Origin: Octopus bimaculoides
Taxonomy: Eukaryota
Direction: 5' to 3'
NCBI RefSeq assembly: GCF_001194135.2
Contig: NC_068985.1
Span: 54,451,659-54,515,658, forward strand
Length of the DNA stretch: 64,000 nt
How positions within the stretch are numbered: position 1 is the first letter of the stretch; each line of letters begins with the position of its first letter. Shown piece by piece: positions 12,216 to 24,848 of the stretch. Under the pieces are notes generated by a model that worked only from the letters and a program-made list of their open reading frames with translations, was not told where the DNA came from and did no database searches. Both the position numbers and the translations under genes were made by a program.

Positions 12216-12970
12216 TAGATTCTACTGCCATTATGGAAGGGACTATGTTCCATTTGAAGAAAAGGAATTGGTAGAAATTCCATATGGTAACCCAATAAAT
12301 GTAGTTATTGGTCAATTAAGTAGTCACTACTGGCTAGGTAACTACTGTTCTTGAGTGTTTAAGAGTTAACATCACCATCAATGTTGTTGTAAAGTCCACT
12401 TGTCCATACTTGCATGGACCTGAGATTATTGAGGCACATTTTGTATAGTGAGATGTCTTTCTTGTCACCAACCCCCATCAGTGTCCAAGTAAGGTAATGT
12501 TTTTCCATAGACAGAAAAGATTTTGCAAAATATTGGACATGTATAACACAGCTTGTATGACAGTGGCATTTATTTACAACTATTAAGAAATGTCGAGATG
12601 AGAAGACACAATCATACATACATACATGTATGTATGTATGTGATGGGCTTCTTTCAGTTTCCATCTACATAATCCACTCACAAGACTTTGGTTGGTCTGA
12701 GGTATAGTAGAAGACACTTGTTCAAGGTGCCATGCATTGGGACTGAACCCAGAACCATATGATTGGGAAGCTAACTCCTCAACCACACAGCCACACTTGT
12801 ACCTGTAGTGACTGCAATTTTTTATTTACTTTATTTTTTTGTTTGGGATCATTTGAAGATGTTTGATGAAGGAACACAAATCAAAATATAAAAAGCACTA
12901 TCAGTTATTGTATTAGTTCATATTTTATAATTCAAATATTACAACTGAAAATATATAATTTAATTTGCAG

Positions 12971-13019
12971 AATGTTCTCCATCATAATTCATCAAATTCA
13001 TCAGGCTGGGCTCCATTTG
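12971..13019 (+). CDS. SLC37A2: SLC37A2-like exon (NVLHHNSSNSSGWAPF), phase 0 to 1
   Basis: tttgcAG / GTAAGT; the luminal loop ends in the conserved WAPF and carries two N-S-S sequons; phases fit both neighbours. Confidence 0.93.
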
Positions 13020-13189
13020 GTAAGTTTTTCAATTAATGTGACTGTTATCAAAAGAGAAAAAAAAATCAGAAAATTTTATTTTAATCCCTCGACCTCATTT
13101 GTCTACATGGATTGTTGTCCTTTCTTCTTTGAACAGATTCTAAAATTGTCTTATATCTCAGTTTTTGTATGTAACTAAGGCAGGAATCA

Positions 13190-13560
13190 GTGTAAGGCAA
13201 TGATTTGGTTTAAGGCAGAAAATCAGTTTAAGGGTTAAGGCAATGAATCAGCTTAACTCTTCAAGATTTCAATCATAGGATTATTCATTTCTAGAATGGC
13301 ATTGTAGGGTAGGTGTGATAGGCCATATCTGGCCAGTTTAGCATAAGACAGGTAGAATATTTGGACTAGACATGGCTAGTGTAAATGTTAACTTAGCACT
13401 AGTTGATTGATTTAAGGCATTGAATCAGCTTAAGGCAGCAAATTGCTTTAATTGGCTTAAGGCAATCTGTTGGTATAAAACAACTGATCAGCTAATTGGT
13501 TTAAGGCAATGAATTGGCTTAATGCAACAAACTGGCTCGAGGTGGTTAATTGGTCAAGTC
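13190..13560. repeat. Degenerate 20-25 bp tandem repeat (ttaaggcaatgaatcagc-like), interrupted by a TTAA-MITE fragment
   Basis: About 10 recurrences of ttaaggca-x-aat/tgatt. Confidence 0.6.
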
Positions 13561-13669
13561 ATTAAAGCGTCAAATAGAATGCCTCACAGTAATTTAAAAC
13601 TCCTCTGAGTTCAAATCTTTTCAAGGTCAACTTTGCCTTTCATCCTTTTGGAGTGACTAAAAATGTACC

Positions 13670-14545
13670 AACCTTGGATGGTGGATTGGGCAAAAATATC
13701 ATTTTTATAAGAATGGGATGGATCATATCTGAAAGCAGCTCCAGGAGCTGTGAGGAAGAAATTTGTACGTGCTCTGTTTTTGAGAGCTATTCTATTGGAC
13801 CTTTGTCCAATCATTAAAACGTTGTTTTAAGGATTCTGCATTAAGTACTGCAGCATGTCTTTGCTGATCTTGGGAAAGTCTCATCTCCCTTCTCTCTGAA
13901 GACTCCATTTGACATGCTGCAGCATGCCTTTGCTGATCTTGAGAAAGTTTCATCTCCCTTCTGTATTGAGACTCCATTTGATGTGCTGCAGATCTTGGGA
14001 AAGTCTCATAAATAAATATAATAGAAATGAGATGATCTTAGTGTTATCACATTAGAATTAAAAGTGAAACAATATAGGTTTATCACATTAGAATGAAAGT
14101 GAAACAGTATTATATCACATGACGATATAGATCTTATTCATTCACTTTTGAGACATAATACCTAACCAGTGCCACTATTATATTGTTTTAATCCAAATGA
14201 AGAAAATAATTACATGTTGATACTCATGGGGTCTGATACTATTACCTTGTAAAATCTTATTTGATTTGGTCAAGCCGTTTGAGAATACATGGGGAACAGA
14301 CAGACAGACAAAGAATTTTATATATATACAGATTACAATATAGATCTTATTCTTTCACTTTTGACATGTAATATCTAACCAGTGCCAATGTTATATTATT
14401 TTAATCCAAATCAAAAAAAAAAAATTACATGTTGATGCTCACAGGGTCTGATACTATTACCTTGAAAATTTTGATTTGATTTGGTTGAGCTGTTTGAGAA
14501 TGCATAGAGGACAGACAGACAGACAAAGAATTTTATATATATAGA
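13670..14545 (-). mobile_element. Helitron 5' portion: two tandem 213-bp 5' termini, then a degenerate Rep/Hel N-terminal fragment
   Basis: A|TCTATATATATAAAATTC start at 14545 and again at 14332. Peptide repeats RLSQDQQRHAA..MES (ORF 13792..13977) and AAFRYDPS (ORF 13611..13814) resemble Helitron RepHel N-termini. A third partial unit lies at 15377-15490. Confidence 0.75.
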
Positions 14546-14579
14546 TAACTTTTTATAATTTTTTTTTAAGAGACAATTC

Positions 14580-14945
14580 AGGCATGGCTGTATGGTTAAG
14601 AAACTTGCTTTGCAACCACATGGTTTTGGGTTCAGTCCCACTGTGTGGCACCTTGACCATTTTTTTAATTCTATAAACTCAGCCCAACAAATGCCTTGTG
14701 AGTAAATTTAATAGACAAAAACTGTGTGGAAGTTCACCATGTGCATGTGTGTGTTTGTAGTTGTCCTCCCACCACTTGTCAACCAGCATTGATTTGTTTA
14801 TGTCCCCATAACCTAGTGGTTTGACAAAAGAGACCAATAAAGTAACAGACTTAAAAACAAGTATTGGAGTTGATTTGATTGACTAAACCCTTTAAGGTGG
14901 TGCTCAAACATGACCACAGTCCAATGACTGAAACAGGTAAAAGAT
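14580..14945 (+). mobile_element. SINE family B (tRNA head GGCATGGCTGTGTGGTAAG..GGTTCAGTCCC, internal (TG/TA)n)
   Basis: Copies at about 12610(-), 15025, 17120, 18227, 21630/23660, 24250(-), 30600(-), 31645, 40230(-), 45720, 50740. Confidence 0.85.
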
Positions 14946-16139
14946 AGAAGATTAATAATATAATATTCATATACATATATATAATTCTGTGGGTTTTTTT
15001 TTTTTTTACTGATTATAGACACAGACTGGCTGTGTGGTAAGAAGTTTGCTTCCTAGCCCCATGACTCCAGGTTCAATCCCACTGTGTGGCTTCTTAGGCA
15101 AATGTCTTCCTTTATAACCTCAGGCCAATCAAAGCCTTGTGAGTGACAGAAACTGTAAAAAACCTGAAGCCTGTCATATAATTTAAGTATGTGTGTATAT
15201 GTATGTGTATATATGTATGTGTGTCTTTGCATCTGTGATTGTCCCTACCACTGCTTGACAGCTGGTGTTGGTGTGTTTACATCCTACATAACTTTGTGGT
15301 TCAGCTAAAGAGACCACTAGAATAAGTAACAGGCTTTAAAAAAAAGTCCTGGGGTCAATTTGTTCAACTAGAATGCTTTCACTTTTGAGACGTAATACCT
15401 AACCAGTGCCACTTATATTGTTTTAATCCAAATGAAAAAAATTTACATTGACACTCATGGGGTCTGATACTATTACCTTGTAAAATTTCCATCGCTGCAG
15501 TCTGATGACTCAAACAAGGAAAAGAAAAGAGAAATCATTATTAAGATGAAGAATTGACAAAAACGGTATCTTTTTTTATATACTTAAACTGATGCAAATT
15601 TTGTAGCCTCTATTACAGATGCTTACTGAATGCAACATGTACTGTCATGTTCCCAGGAAAATATTGACTATAGTAATATTGACAATCGTCAAACTTTCTG
15701 TTCATAGAACAGCCTTGTACACTTTGTATGCATGTATGAGAAATGTACAACAAACACATTCTGATCTCAGTCACTGGTAGTGACAGTACAATGTTACCAA
15801 CGAAGGGTTTATCTCTGAGCAGTCACTAGTGACATTTAATTCCATGGGCCAGGTACAGCCTAAGGGCTACATTTCTGAGGTCCCTAGTTTAGAGGTCATC
15901 AGAGAGATGAGGAATTTATGAGACAACAAAAACTAGATAGTGATCAGTTAGGTAGCCGTTACTGGCTAATTAACTGCTGATTGTATGTTTAATGGCTAAC
16001 AACTCTGAGAGAGAGAGAGAGATTAATGGGGCATCACTGCAGCATTTAAAATCTGGACAGAACAATTTGTTAACAACAGAAATTGATTTAATAACAAAAG
16101 AACTGGTTGGATTACTGCTTGATTGATTACTGGTGAAGG

Positions 16140-16715
16140 TATGTATGACTGATGATGTTAGTAATGATTGAAGATCATAACAATGATTGATGTAGATAGG
16201 AATGGTTCGTGGAGATAGTAATTAATTAAGTAAGATGGTGATGACTGATGATGATAGTGATGATTAATGGAGACAGTGATGACTAAGGAAGATAGTAATA
16301 ACAGTTGGTGATGGTAGGTATGACTGATGGAGACAGTGATGATTGAGGAAGATAGTAATGAGTGAGGAAGATATAAGGATGAGTGATGATGGTAGTACTG
16401 ATTGATCAAAGTAGTGATAACTGAGGAAGTAGGCAATGATAAAGGATGATAATGATGACTGATGGAGACTAATGATTTATAAAGATAGTGATAATAGAGG
16501 AAGGTAGCAATAAGTGATGACTAAGGAAGGTAGTGTTGACTGATGTTAAGACTGATGACTATTGAAGGTAGCAGAGACTGGGGAAAGTAGTGGAGATTAA
16601 AGAAAGTACTAATGACTGATAATAGATTGTGATAACTGAAAAAGATAGTGATGATTGCAAAGGGTAGTAGTGACCGACTAAGATAGCTATGACTAATGAA
16701 GATAGTGATGACTGA
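16140..16715. repeat. Degenerate GAT/GACT-rich minisatellite
   Basis: Recurrent gatgactgatggagacagtgatga..gaggaagatagtaat units; the track ORFs here are low-complexity. Confidence 0.75.
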
Positions 16716-18065
16716 AGAAAGTTCACTGTTCCATTATTCCAGCTTCTTGAGAGAGTGCTTCTTCCTCTGTGTGCATGTGTAGGCATGCATGAACTGACCA
16801 CACATCAAATCTAATTGAATCGTTGACTTCAAGAACAAAAAATATTAAAAGATCTTCATATGAAAACAAAAATGTGATTAGGTGAAGGGAATTGATGGTA
16901 GGGTTTGAAGTAAAGAGAACATTAACTAATTAAGAAGAGTTATATAACTTCTAAGAGAGCAATTTTGGCTGGTAGATTTAACATATCACATGGTCTAGCA
17001 CCACCACTTGGCACCATGGGTACCTTTTGTGGAGCCCTCTTTGCTATAAGCATTCAGTTCAAGTTTTTGGTTTGAGGATAACTACCCCCCTTCCTCTCAC
17101 TAATACAAAAGGTTCTTTGTTATATGACTGTGTGGTTAAAAAACCTGCTTTGCAGCCATGTGGTTTCAGGTTCAGTCCTGCCTCATGGCACCTTCACCAA
17201 TTATCTTCTATTACAGCCCCAAGTCAACCATTGCTTTATGAGTGAATTTGATAGGTAGAAAGCATATTCATTGTGTGTATGTGTATCTGCACCTGTGTTT
17301 GTTTTTTCTTCACACTGCTTGAAAACCAGTGGTGTTGGTTTATTTATGTCCTCATAAATTAGCTGATAGAATAAGTACCAGACTTTAAAACAAGTACAGA
17401 GGTTGATCCAAGGCTATGCCCCAGCAAGGCCAAAGTTCAACGACTGAAACAAGTAGTAAAAGATAAAAGATTAAATACAGCTTTTTACCTTTACTTGTTT
17501 CAGCCAGAGACTGAGGCCATGCTGGAGTATCACTATTAGTGTGATTGTTAGTTTGTTTCACTTCACTTCCATGGCCCTTTTTTGTGTTCAGTTAAGGTGA
17601 ATCAGCATGATTAATTAAACTGAGTTAATAGATATAGTCACTTGAATTATGATGATAGAGAGATCAATACAAATGTGTTTATAAAATTTGTGTTGCTAAT
17701 GCGAAGCAGTCAACTGATAAGTTAAGTTTTAGTAATAATTTTCTGAATCTCTGCTGAAAGAATTAAAGGAATTGAGAAGACTAACTTAAAAGAAAGCCAT
17801 TCAGTTTATAGATTTTTTTGTGTTAATGTTCAACACTTTCCTTGATAATAAACTACAACTTTGTACTTAGAAGGGAGTACTTTTTCCCAAGGAAAATTTT
17901 CTGATACCAATATTTAACTTATCTATATTAGTGTGTAAAAATAAATCACACGTCAGTCTAAAAATAATTTTGTCCTAAAAGTAGGCTTAATAAATTACAA
18001 GAAATATTGTCTTATACTAGAAGAATCTAGTTTTTATGTGTGTGTGTGTGTGAGCATGCACATGA

Positions 18066-18096
<31 letters not shown>

Positions 18097-18872
18097 ACTG
18101 GTATTTTGGTATTTTTTATTCCCCATTACATGTTTCATTACCTTACAGGAGTTACAGAGGTATACAAGTTGAAAAACATGTAGGACATCTATTAGTAATT
18201 CTTCAGACAGAGAATTAAAATAATAGGCATGGCTGTGTGGTAAGAAACTTGCTTCCTAACCACATGGTTCTCGGTTCAGTCCCACTGCATGGGTCCTTGA
18301 GCAAGTGACTTCTACTATAGCCTTGGGCCGATCAAAGCCTTGAGAGTGGATTTGGTACACAGAAACTGGAAGAAGCCAGTTGTGTGTGTGTGTGTGTCTG
18401 TGTTTGTCCCCAACCACCATTTGACAACATCCCTGTAACTTAGTGCAGTTCATCAAAAGAGACTGATAAGGCATAGCTGTGCAGTTAAGATTGTTTCACT
18501 ATCATGTGGTTCCAAGTTCAATCTCACTGTGTGGTATCTTATCTTGGGCTAACTAAAATCTTCTGGGTTGTGGCAATGGTGGTAATGGTAGTGGTATAAA
18601 AATTGTGATGTTATTTTTAAAATTAAACTTCAAACATTTTGAGCAGAATTATATCTAGTGATATGCTTTTGAACAATCAAAATAATCAATTGTTTCTCTT
18701 TTAAGCATAATAAAATGTTGTGTTTATTAAGAATCAATTTTCTATTGAAAATATGTACCCAATTCATTTTTAAAACTTGCCAGCTTTTTAAATAATAGTT
18801 ATTTCTTTTTATATATCTTTATCTCTTTCTCTCTTCTCTCTCTCCCTCTCTCTTTCTCTTCTCTCTCTCTTT

Positions 18873-18929
<57 letters not shown>

Positions 18930-19029
18930 GTGTGTGTGTGTGTGTGTATACATTCACATATCTTTAGCAGAACCTTTTTACAAGGCCACCTGACTTGGTG
19001 GAAATAACAGCCAAATCTCCTTCATATTA

Positions 19030-19335
19030 TTACATGTGCCATCTTAAGAAAAGGAAGAACACCTTTGATAATATGTTCCTATAGATATAACGTTTGGAAG
19101 GAAAAAAATACATATAGAACGTTCTTGGCTGGAACAGCTTTGATTCATAGACCTGATCAGTCAAGACTGACCTTGGACTAAACAACATGGTCATAGCTGG
19201 AACAGGTTTGATCATAGGTTTGCTCAGCCAGAGCTGACCTTAGGCTAAATAATATGATCATGCTGGAGCACCTTTAATCATGGTTCTCTTGGATCAGAGT
19301 GGACCTGGAGCTAAACAACGTCATTGTAGTCATTG
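19030..19335 (+). repeat. Dispersed repeat with ~55-110 bp internal tandem units (family D)
   Basis: gatcatag..gatcag..gagctgacc..ggctaaacaac units; related blocks at about 33180(-), 37790 and 60590-61260. Confidence 0.55.
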
Positions 19336-19342
19336 CCTAAAC

Positions 19343-19572
19343 CAGGGGTTTTCAAACTTTTTGACTTGCAGACCCCTTTATATTTCAGGCTTTACCTTAG
19401 GGACCCCCTTATAAACGCTTATGAAATTTATACATAAATATTTGCTTAAAATAACATATATTTTTACATTTATTTATTTAACAGTATTTAACAAATAGGT
19501 TTATTGTCAATTAAAAGATTTCGATTAAAAAACATATATAAAATCAAATTGCCCACAGTTTGAAAACCCCTG
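19343..19572. mobile_element. hAT-superfamily MITE
   Basis: TIRs CAGGGGTTTTCAAACT / AGTTTGAAAACCCCTG; perfect 8-bp TSD GCCTAAAC (19335-42, 19573-80). Confidence 0.92.
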
Positions 19573-19779
19573 GCCTAAACAACTTCGTTCACAAGTCTAA
19601 CTTAAGGTTAAATAACACCAATAAAGAATCTGACCAAGTTGTTGGATATCAAATTGAATATAGACTGTGGTAATAAAATTAGATCCACCTTTTAAAAAAA
19701 AAGACTAAGGGTCATCATAGGTGCATGGTTAAGATGGAGAATCCTTGGCAACATAGAAAGGAGTTGAAATATTGTTTTT

Positions 19780-20012
19780 CATTTCTTTATTGCCCACAAG
19801 GAACTAAACATAGAGGGGACAAACAAGGACAGACAAAGAGGTTAAGTCGATTACATCGACCCAGTGCGTTACTGGTACTTAATTTATCGACCCCGAAAGG
19901 ATGAAAGGCAAAGTCGACCTCGGCGGAATTTGAACTCAGACTGTAACAGCAGACGAAATACCGCTAAGCATTTCGCCCGGCGTGTTAACGTTTCTGCCAG
20001 CTCGCCGCCTTA
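19780..20012 (-). mobile_element. Young SINE family A copy (long-tail variant) with an 18-bp TSD
   Basis: TSD agttgaaatattgttttt at 19762-79 and 20013-30; CpG-rich; nearly identical to 60820-61057. Confidence 0.9.
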
Positions 20013-21329
20013 AGTTGAAATATTGTTTTTGTGAGGCAAAACTTTGATTCAGTCTGCATGACACCAGAAGTATCCAACTACCCAATTTTCAAACAAAAAA
20101 ATAAAAGCTTCTGATTTAGACACAAACCAGAAATTTTAAAGAGATGGTGTTAGAGGATTAGTTGATGCCATTGTCGTCCAGTATTTTAATCAACCCTGAA
20201 AAGATGAAAGGCAAATTTGACCTAGGCAGGATTTGAACTCCAAATGTAAAAAGCTGGAACAAATTCCATAAAACATTTTTTTTGCAAATGCTCTAATGAT
20301 TCTGCCAGCTTGTCACCTTCAGTAGCTTCTGTTTTAGGCACAAGGCTAACTCCTTTTAGGAGAGTGGTAGGGTTAATCAGTACCATCAACCCTCAGTACT
20401 TTAAGTGGTACTTTATTTTGTTGACCCCTGGCAGAATTTGAATTCATAATGTAAAGAGTTCAGAATAAACTCCACAAGGCTCCAACAATTCCGCCAGCTC
20501 TAATAATACTAATAATAATGAAGCTATCCTATATATATTCCTACGTAAAATTATAACAATGTTTTATTATACGTAATTGGTTGACAAGAGCATTTTAAAA
20601 TTTCGTAATAATGATAATCATCATTTTCTATGCTGGCATGGATTGGATAATTTGACAGGAGCTGGTAAGGCCAGGGGCCACACCAGGCTCCATTTTCTGT
20701 TCTGGCATAGTTTCTATGGATGGATGCCTGTCTTAATGCCAACCATTTTACAGAGTGAACTGGATGCTTTTTATGTAGCACCAGCACAAGCGCTTTTAAT
20801 ATGGCACCAGCACCAGTGTTTTTTACATGGCACCAGCACTGATATCAATTCTGTTAATAATAATAATAATAATAATAATAAACCTTTCTACTAAAGGCAC
20901 AAGGCCTGAAATTTGTGGGGAGGCGGGGACTAGTTGATTACATCAACCCCAGTGTTTCACTGATATTTAATTTATCGATCGCGAAAGAATGAAAGGCAAA
21001 GTTGACCTCTGCAGAATTTAAACTCAGAATGTAGCAACAGGTGAAATACCACTAAGCATTTTACCTGGCATGCTAACAATTCTGCCAGCTCACCACCTTA
21101 TACTACTGCTACTAATAATAATAATCCTTTCTACTATAGTCACCAAGCCTAAAATTTTGCAAGGATGGATCTAGTTGATTACATTGACACCAGTGCTCAA
21201 CTGATACTTATTTTATAAACTCCAAAAGAATGAGAAGCAGAGTCGACATCGGCAGAATTTGAATAGTTATAATAATAATAATAATAATGATGATGATGAA
21301 CTTATTGTATACAATGCACAGATATGCTA

Positions 21330-21570
21330 CAACTTGTTGGAAAAGGTTAAAAGAGAGAACAGAAAGTAGCAATAAGTAAAGAAAGACAGCAATGAAAGCC
21401 AAAATTACGTGCACAGTACACAAAAAGACAGAAAAGTGAACAGTAAAAGAGTCATAAAGAGGAAAGAGTTGCACAGACATGTCAGGAATGGTGTTGGTGT
21501 ATTTCAGAAAGCATGGAATCTTTGAAGGATGCAATGTCCTGACAGCTAACAACTGGCTTGGCTAGTTCTA
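21330..21570 (-). mobile_element. CR1-like LINE 3' end
   Basis: Reverse-complement homologue of 59880-60140. Confidence 0.6.
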
Positions 21571-21791
21571 TGCTTCAAAAATTTCAAGTATAAAATAATG
21601 TTTTTCAAAAGTAACAGTATATTGAATCTATGGCTGTGTACTAAATTTGCCTCCTGACTACATGATTCCAGGTTCAGTCCCACTGAACAGCATCTTGGGC
21701 AAGTATTTATTATAGCCACGGGCTGACCAAAGCCTTGTGAGTAGATTTGGTAGTCAGAAATTGAAAACAGCTTGTTGTGTATGTATATATA

Positions 21792-23659
21792 CAGTACACT
21801 CCTAAAAAAGTTTGTACACCCCTAAAAAAGTTTGTACACCCCTAAAAAATTTCAGTAAAATTATCATTACTCTGTAAATAATAATGAAGGAAATCAAACG
21901 AAATTTATACTGAATAAAATATATTATACATGCAAACATTATACAATTTTGAAACACAAAACAATAAGCATTTTCAAAGATATGAACAAAATAGTAATTT
22001 TCAAACAATACAAATATATGTACACCATAAAGGATCATTTGCTATATTCAATATTTGGTGTGATCGCCCTTGCTTTCAAAGACTGCATTAAGTCTACTGG
22101 ACATAGGTCAACTAAATTTCCACATATAACCAATGAAATTGACCTCCATTCATCCTGAATGATGTCTTTCAACTGTGTTACATTGCAGGGTTTCTTCCTA
22201 TTAACCTTCCTTTTCAAAACATCCCACAGATGTTCTATTGGGTTTAAATCAGGTGACATGGTAGGCCAAGGCAATACCTTTACTTTTTTATCTGATAAAA
22301 ACTTAGTCATCATCTTTGAAGTGTGTTTCGGTTCATTATCATGTTGGAACATGAAATGTCTTCTTAGTTCTTTGATACTTTTCAGCATTGTTTTCTGCAA
22401 TGTGTCACAATAAAGCCTTGAATCCATTGTTCTCTCAATAAATGTGAGTCCTAAGGTGGCAAGCTGACAGAAACATTAGCACGCTGGGCGAAATGCTTAG
22501 CAGTGTTTCATCGGTCTTTAAGTTCTGAGTTCAAATTCCGCCAAGGTCGACTTTGCCTTTCATCCTTTCAGGGTCAATAAATTAAGTACCAGTTGTGTAC
22601 TGGAGTCAATCTAATCGACTAGCCCCCTCCCCCAAAATTTTGGGCCTTGTGCCTAGAGTAGAAAAGAATAAATGTGAGTCCTCCCACACCAACTGCACTC
22701 ATGCATCTCCAAAGCATAACACTTCCGCCACCATGTTTCACGGTAGGCACAGTGCATTTGTCATTATTATCTTCACCTGGTTGTCACCATACTCATTTAA
22801 TACCATCTAACCCAAACAAGTTGATTTTAGTCTCATCAGAAAAAGAATTTTATTCCAAAGCTCCTTCCCCTTACTCACATAGGTTTCAGCAAAAGAAAGA
22901 CGACTGGATTTATGCCTGGTAGTGAAGAGAGGTTTCCTACGGGGAATACGTCCATGAAGACCACACTGGTTCAAACTTCAGTGAACTGTTTGCACAGATA
23001 AACTCTTTCCACTAACAGAAGACACTTCTTGGATCAAAGATGAAGCAGTACATCTGTTGTCCATCACATAACATTGAATGCGGCAAATATTACGTGCAGT
23101 TAAAATAGAAGGACGACCTGGACGATGTTTATTGCTTAGCCATCCAGTAGCTTTGTACTTCTGAATTACTTTGGTAACTGTGTTTACGCTAATATGTATT
23201 CGTTAGCCAATTAACTTGTATCCTAAACCATTCTTGTGCAAATTAAAAATAATTTTCTTCAAATCTTCAGACAATTCTTTTCCTTTTGGTGCCATTTTAA
23301 TCACAATGAAGAAGATTTTCACCTGCAATAGCAATGACTAGTGCAAAAATGCCAGGAGAGATAATTCATTAGAATTGAAATTATCAGCAATATCTGAATT
23401 TAGTAAAAAAAAAAGTGGATAAAAGATTGAATATAGAAAATTTCCTTTAGAGTGTACATATTTTTGTATTGTTTGAAAATTAATATTTCATTCATATCTT
23501 TGAAAATGTTTATTTTTTTGTGTTCCAAATTTGTATAATGTTTGCATGTATGATATATTTTATTCGGTATAAATTTCATTTGATTTCCTTTGATATTATC
23601 AGAGTAATGGCAATTTTACTGAATTTTTTTAGGGGTGTACATACTTCTGTGAGATACTG
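21792..23659 (-). mobile_element. Tc1 (DD34E) IR-DR transposon, inactive, interrupted by a SINE
   Basis: TA TSDs. TIRs of about 240 bp (21792-22033, 23444-23659) with inner and outer tgtacacc direct repeats. Transposase remnant 23295-22048: MAPKGKELSEDLKK..IG* (TAA at 23203-05), FSDETKINLFG, HDN-x-SPDLNPIE (34 residues counted), GDHTKY*. Confidence 0.93.
22453..22666 (+). mobile_element. SINE family A inserted in the Tc1 transposase
   Basis: 16-bp TSD aataaatgtgagtcct at 22437-52 and 22667-82. Confidence 0.92.
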
Positions 23660-24426
23660 TATATACATATATGTGTGTGTGTGCATGTGTGTATCTTTGT
23701 GTATGTGTTTGTCCCCCCACCACTGCTTGATAACCAGTGTTGGTGTGTTTACATTTCCATAACTTAGCAGTTCAACAAAAGAGATTGATAAAATAAATAT
23801 AAGGTTTAATAAAAATATGTAATAGGTTCGATTTGTTGGACTAAACCCTTTAAGGTGGTGCCCCAGCATGGCAACAATCCAATGACTGAAGCAAATAAGA
23901 GATAAAAAAGATATTGCTTTAATTTCTCAAAATTTTTGCTATTTTACTACCACGGTGTAGTACTCAAATAACATTTCCACTGAGCAGTCATGAGTTTTCT
24001 GTGTCTTATATAGCACCTATCCGAAATACATCAAATCCAACCCATTTATCCTTGCCAAATTTGCCCACATTCATCCATCTCTTATAGAAGTTTCTTAAGA
24101 CAGATAAACCATTTCTAGTCAGGAGAGTTTCAATGCCCTGCTTAATACCAGTGATAAGATATAAATCACAATTCTTTGGCTGAGGGACCTCTTCAAATGG
24201 TATTCAAACAATACAAGAAAGGTTTCTGTATTTCAGTTTGCGGTATCTTTTATATTTTACTTGTTACAGTTAGTAGACTGCAGTCATGCTGGGGAACCAT
24301 TTTGAAAGGTTTTAGGGCTTGGTACTTATTCTATCAATCACTTTTGCTGAATTGCTAAGTTACCACGACATAAACAAACACCCGTTGTCAAACAGTGAAG
24401 GACAAAGACACGCACGCACACACATA

Positions 24427-24467
<41 letters not shown>

Positions 24468-24769
24468 GATAGGCTTCTTTCAGTTTCTGTGTACCAAATG
24501 ATTTGGTCAGCCCAAGATTATACTAGAAGACCTTTGCCCAAGGTGCCCTACATTGGGACTGAACTCAGAACCATGTTGTTGAGAAACATGCTTCTTACCA
24601 CACAGCCGTGCTTGTGCCTATGCATATTAATACTGTGAAAAAGAATTGTGTGAGTATTGGTAATCAAAAGTAAAATATTAATGTTACAATATAAATAATT
24701 CTGGAGTCAAGTTCTTTGACTCAATATTCATCTTTTGTTATTAAGAATTATACTTTGATCTTTCAACAG

Positions 24770-24848
24770 ATGAACCCGATTATAAAACACTGCTGGGAAG
24801 TTTGGATTATGCTTTTCTCTTCACTTATGCCATTGGAATGTTTCTTAG
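24770..24848 (+). CDS. SLC37A2: SLC37A2-like exon (DEPDYKTLLGSLDYAFLFTYAIGMFL), phase 1 to 2
   Basis: tttcaacAG / GTATAA; matches the family motif LLGxxDxAFLxxYAIGMF. Confidence 0.95.

Noticed and set aside
15500-15540. CTGATGA followed later by GAAA (also near 15900, 25700, 49660, 60105) as further hammerheads
   Set aside because: No stem II or stem I pairing; CTGATGA is common in GAT-rich DNA and in YADD codons.
18149-18210. ttacAG-bounded segment as an extra SLC37 exon
   Set aside because: Flanking exons already join in phase (WAPF|DEPD), and the segment has no family similarity or convincing donor.
13190-19335. Regularly recurring short repeats (13.2-13.6 kb, 16.1-16.7 kb, 19.0-19.3 kb) as a CRISPR-like array
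   Set aside because: Eukaryotic context, degenerate tandem units without unique equal-length spacers, and no cas genes.
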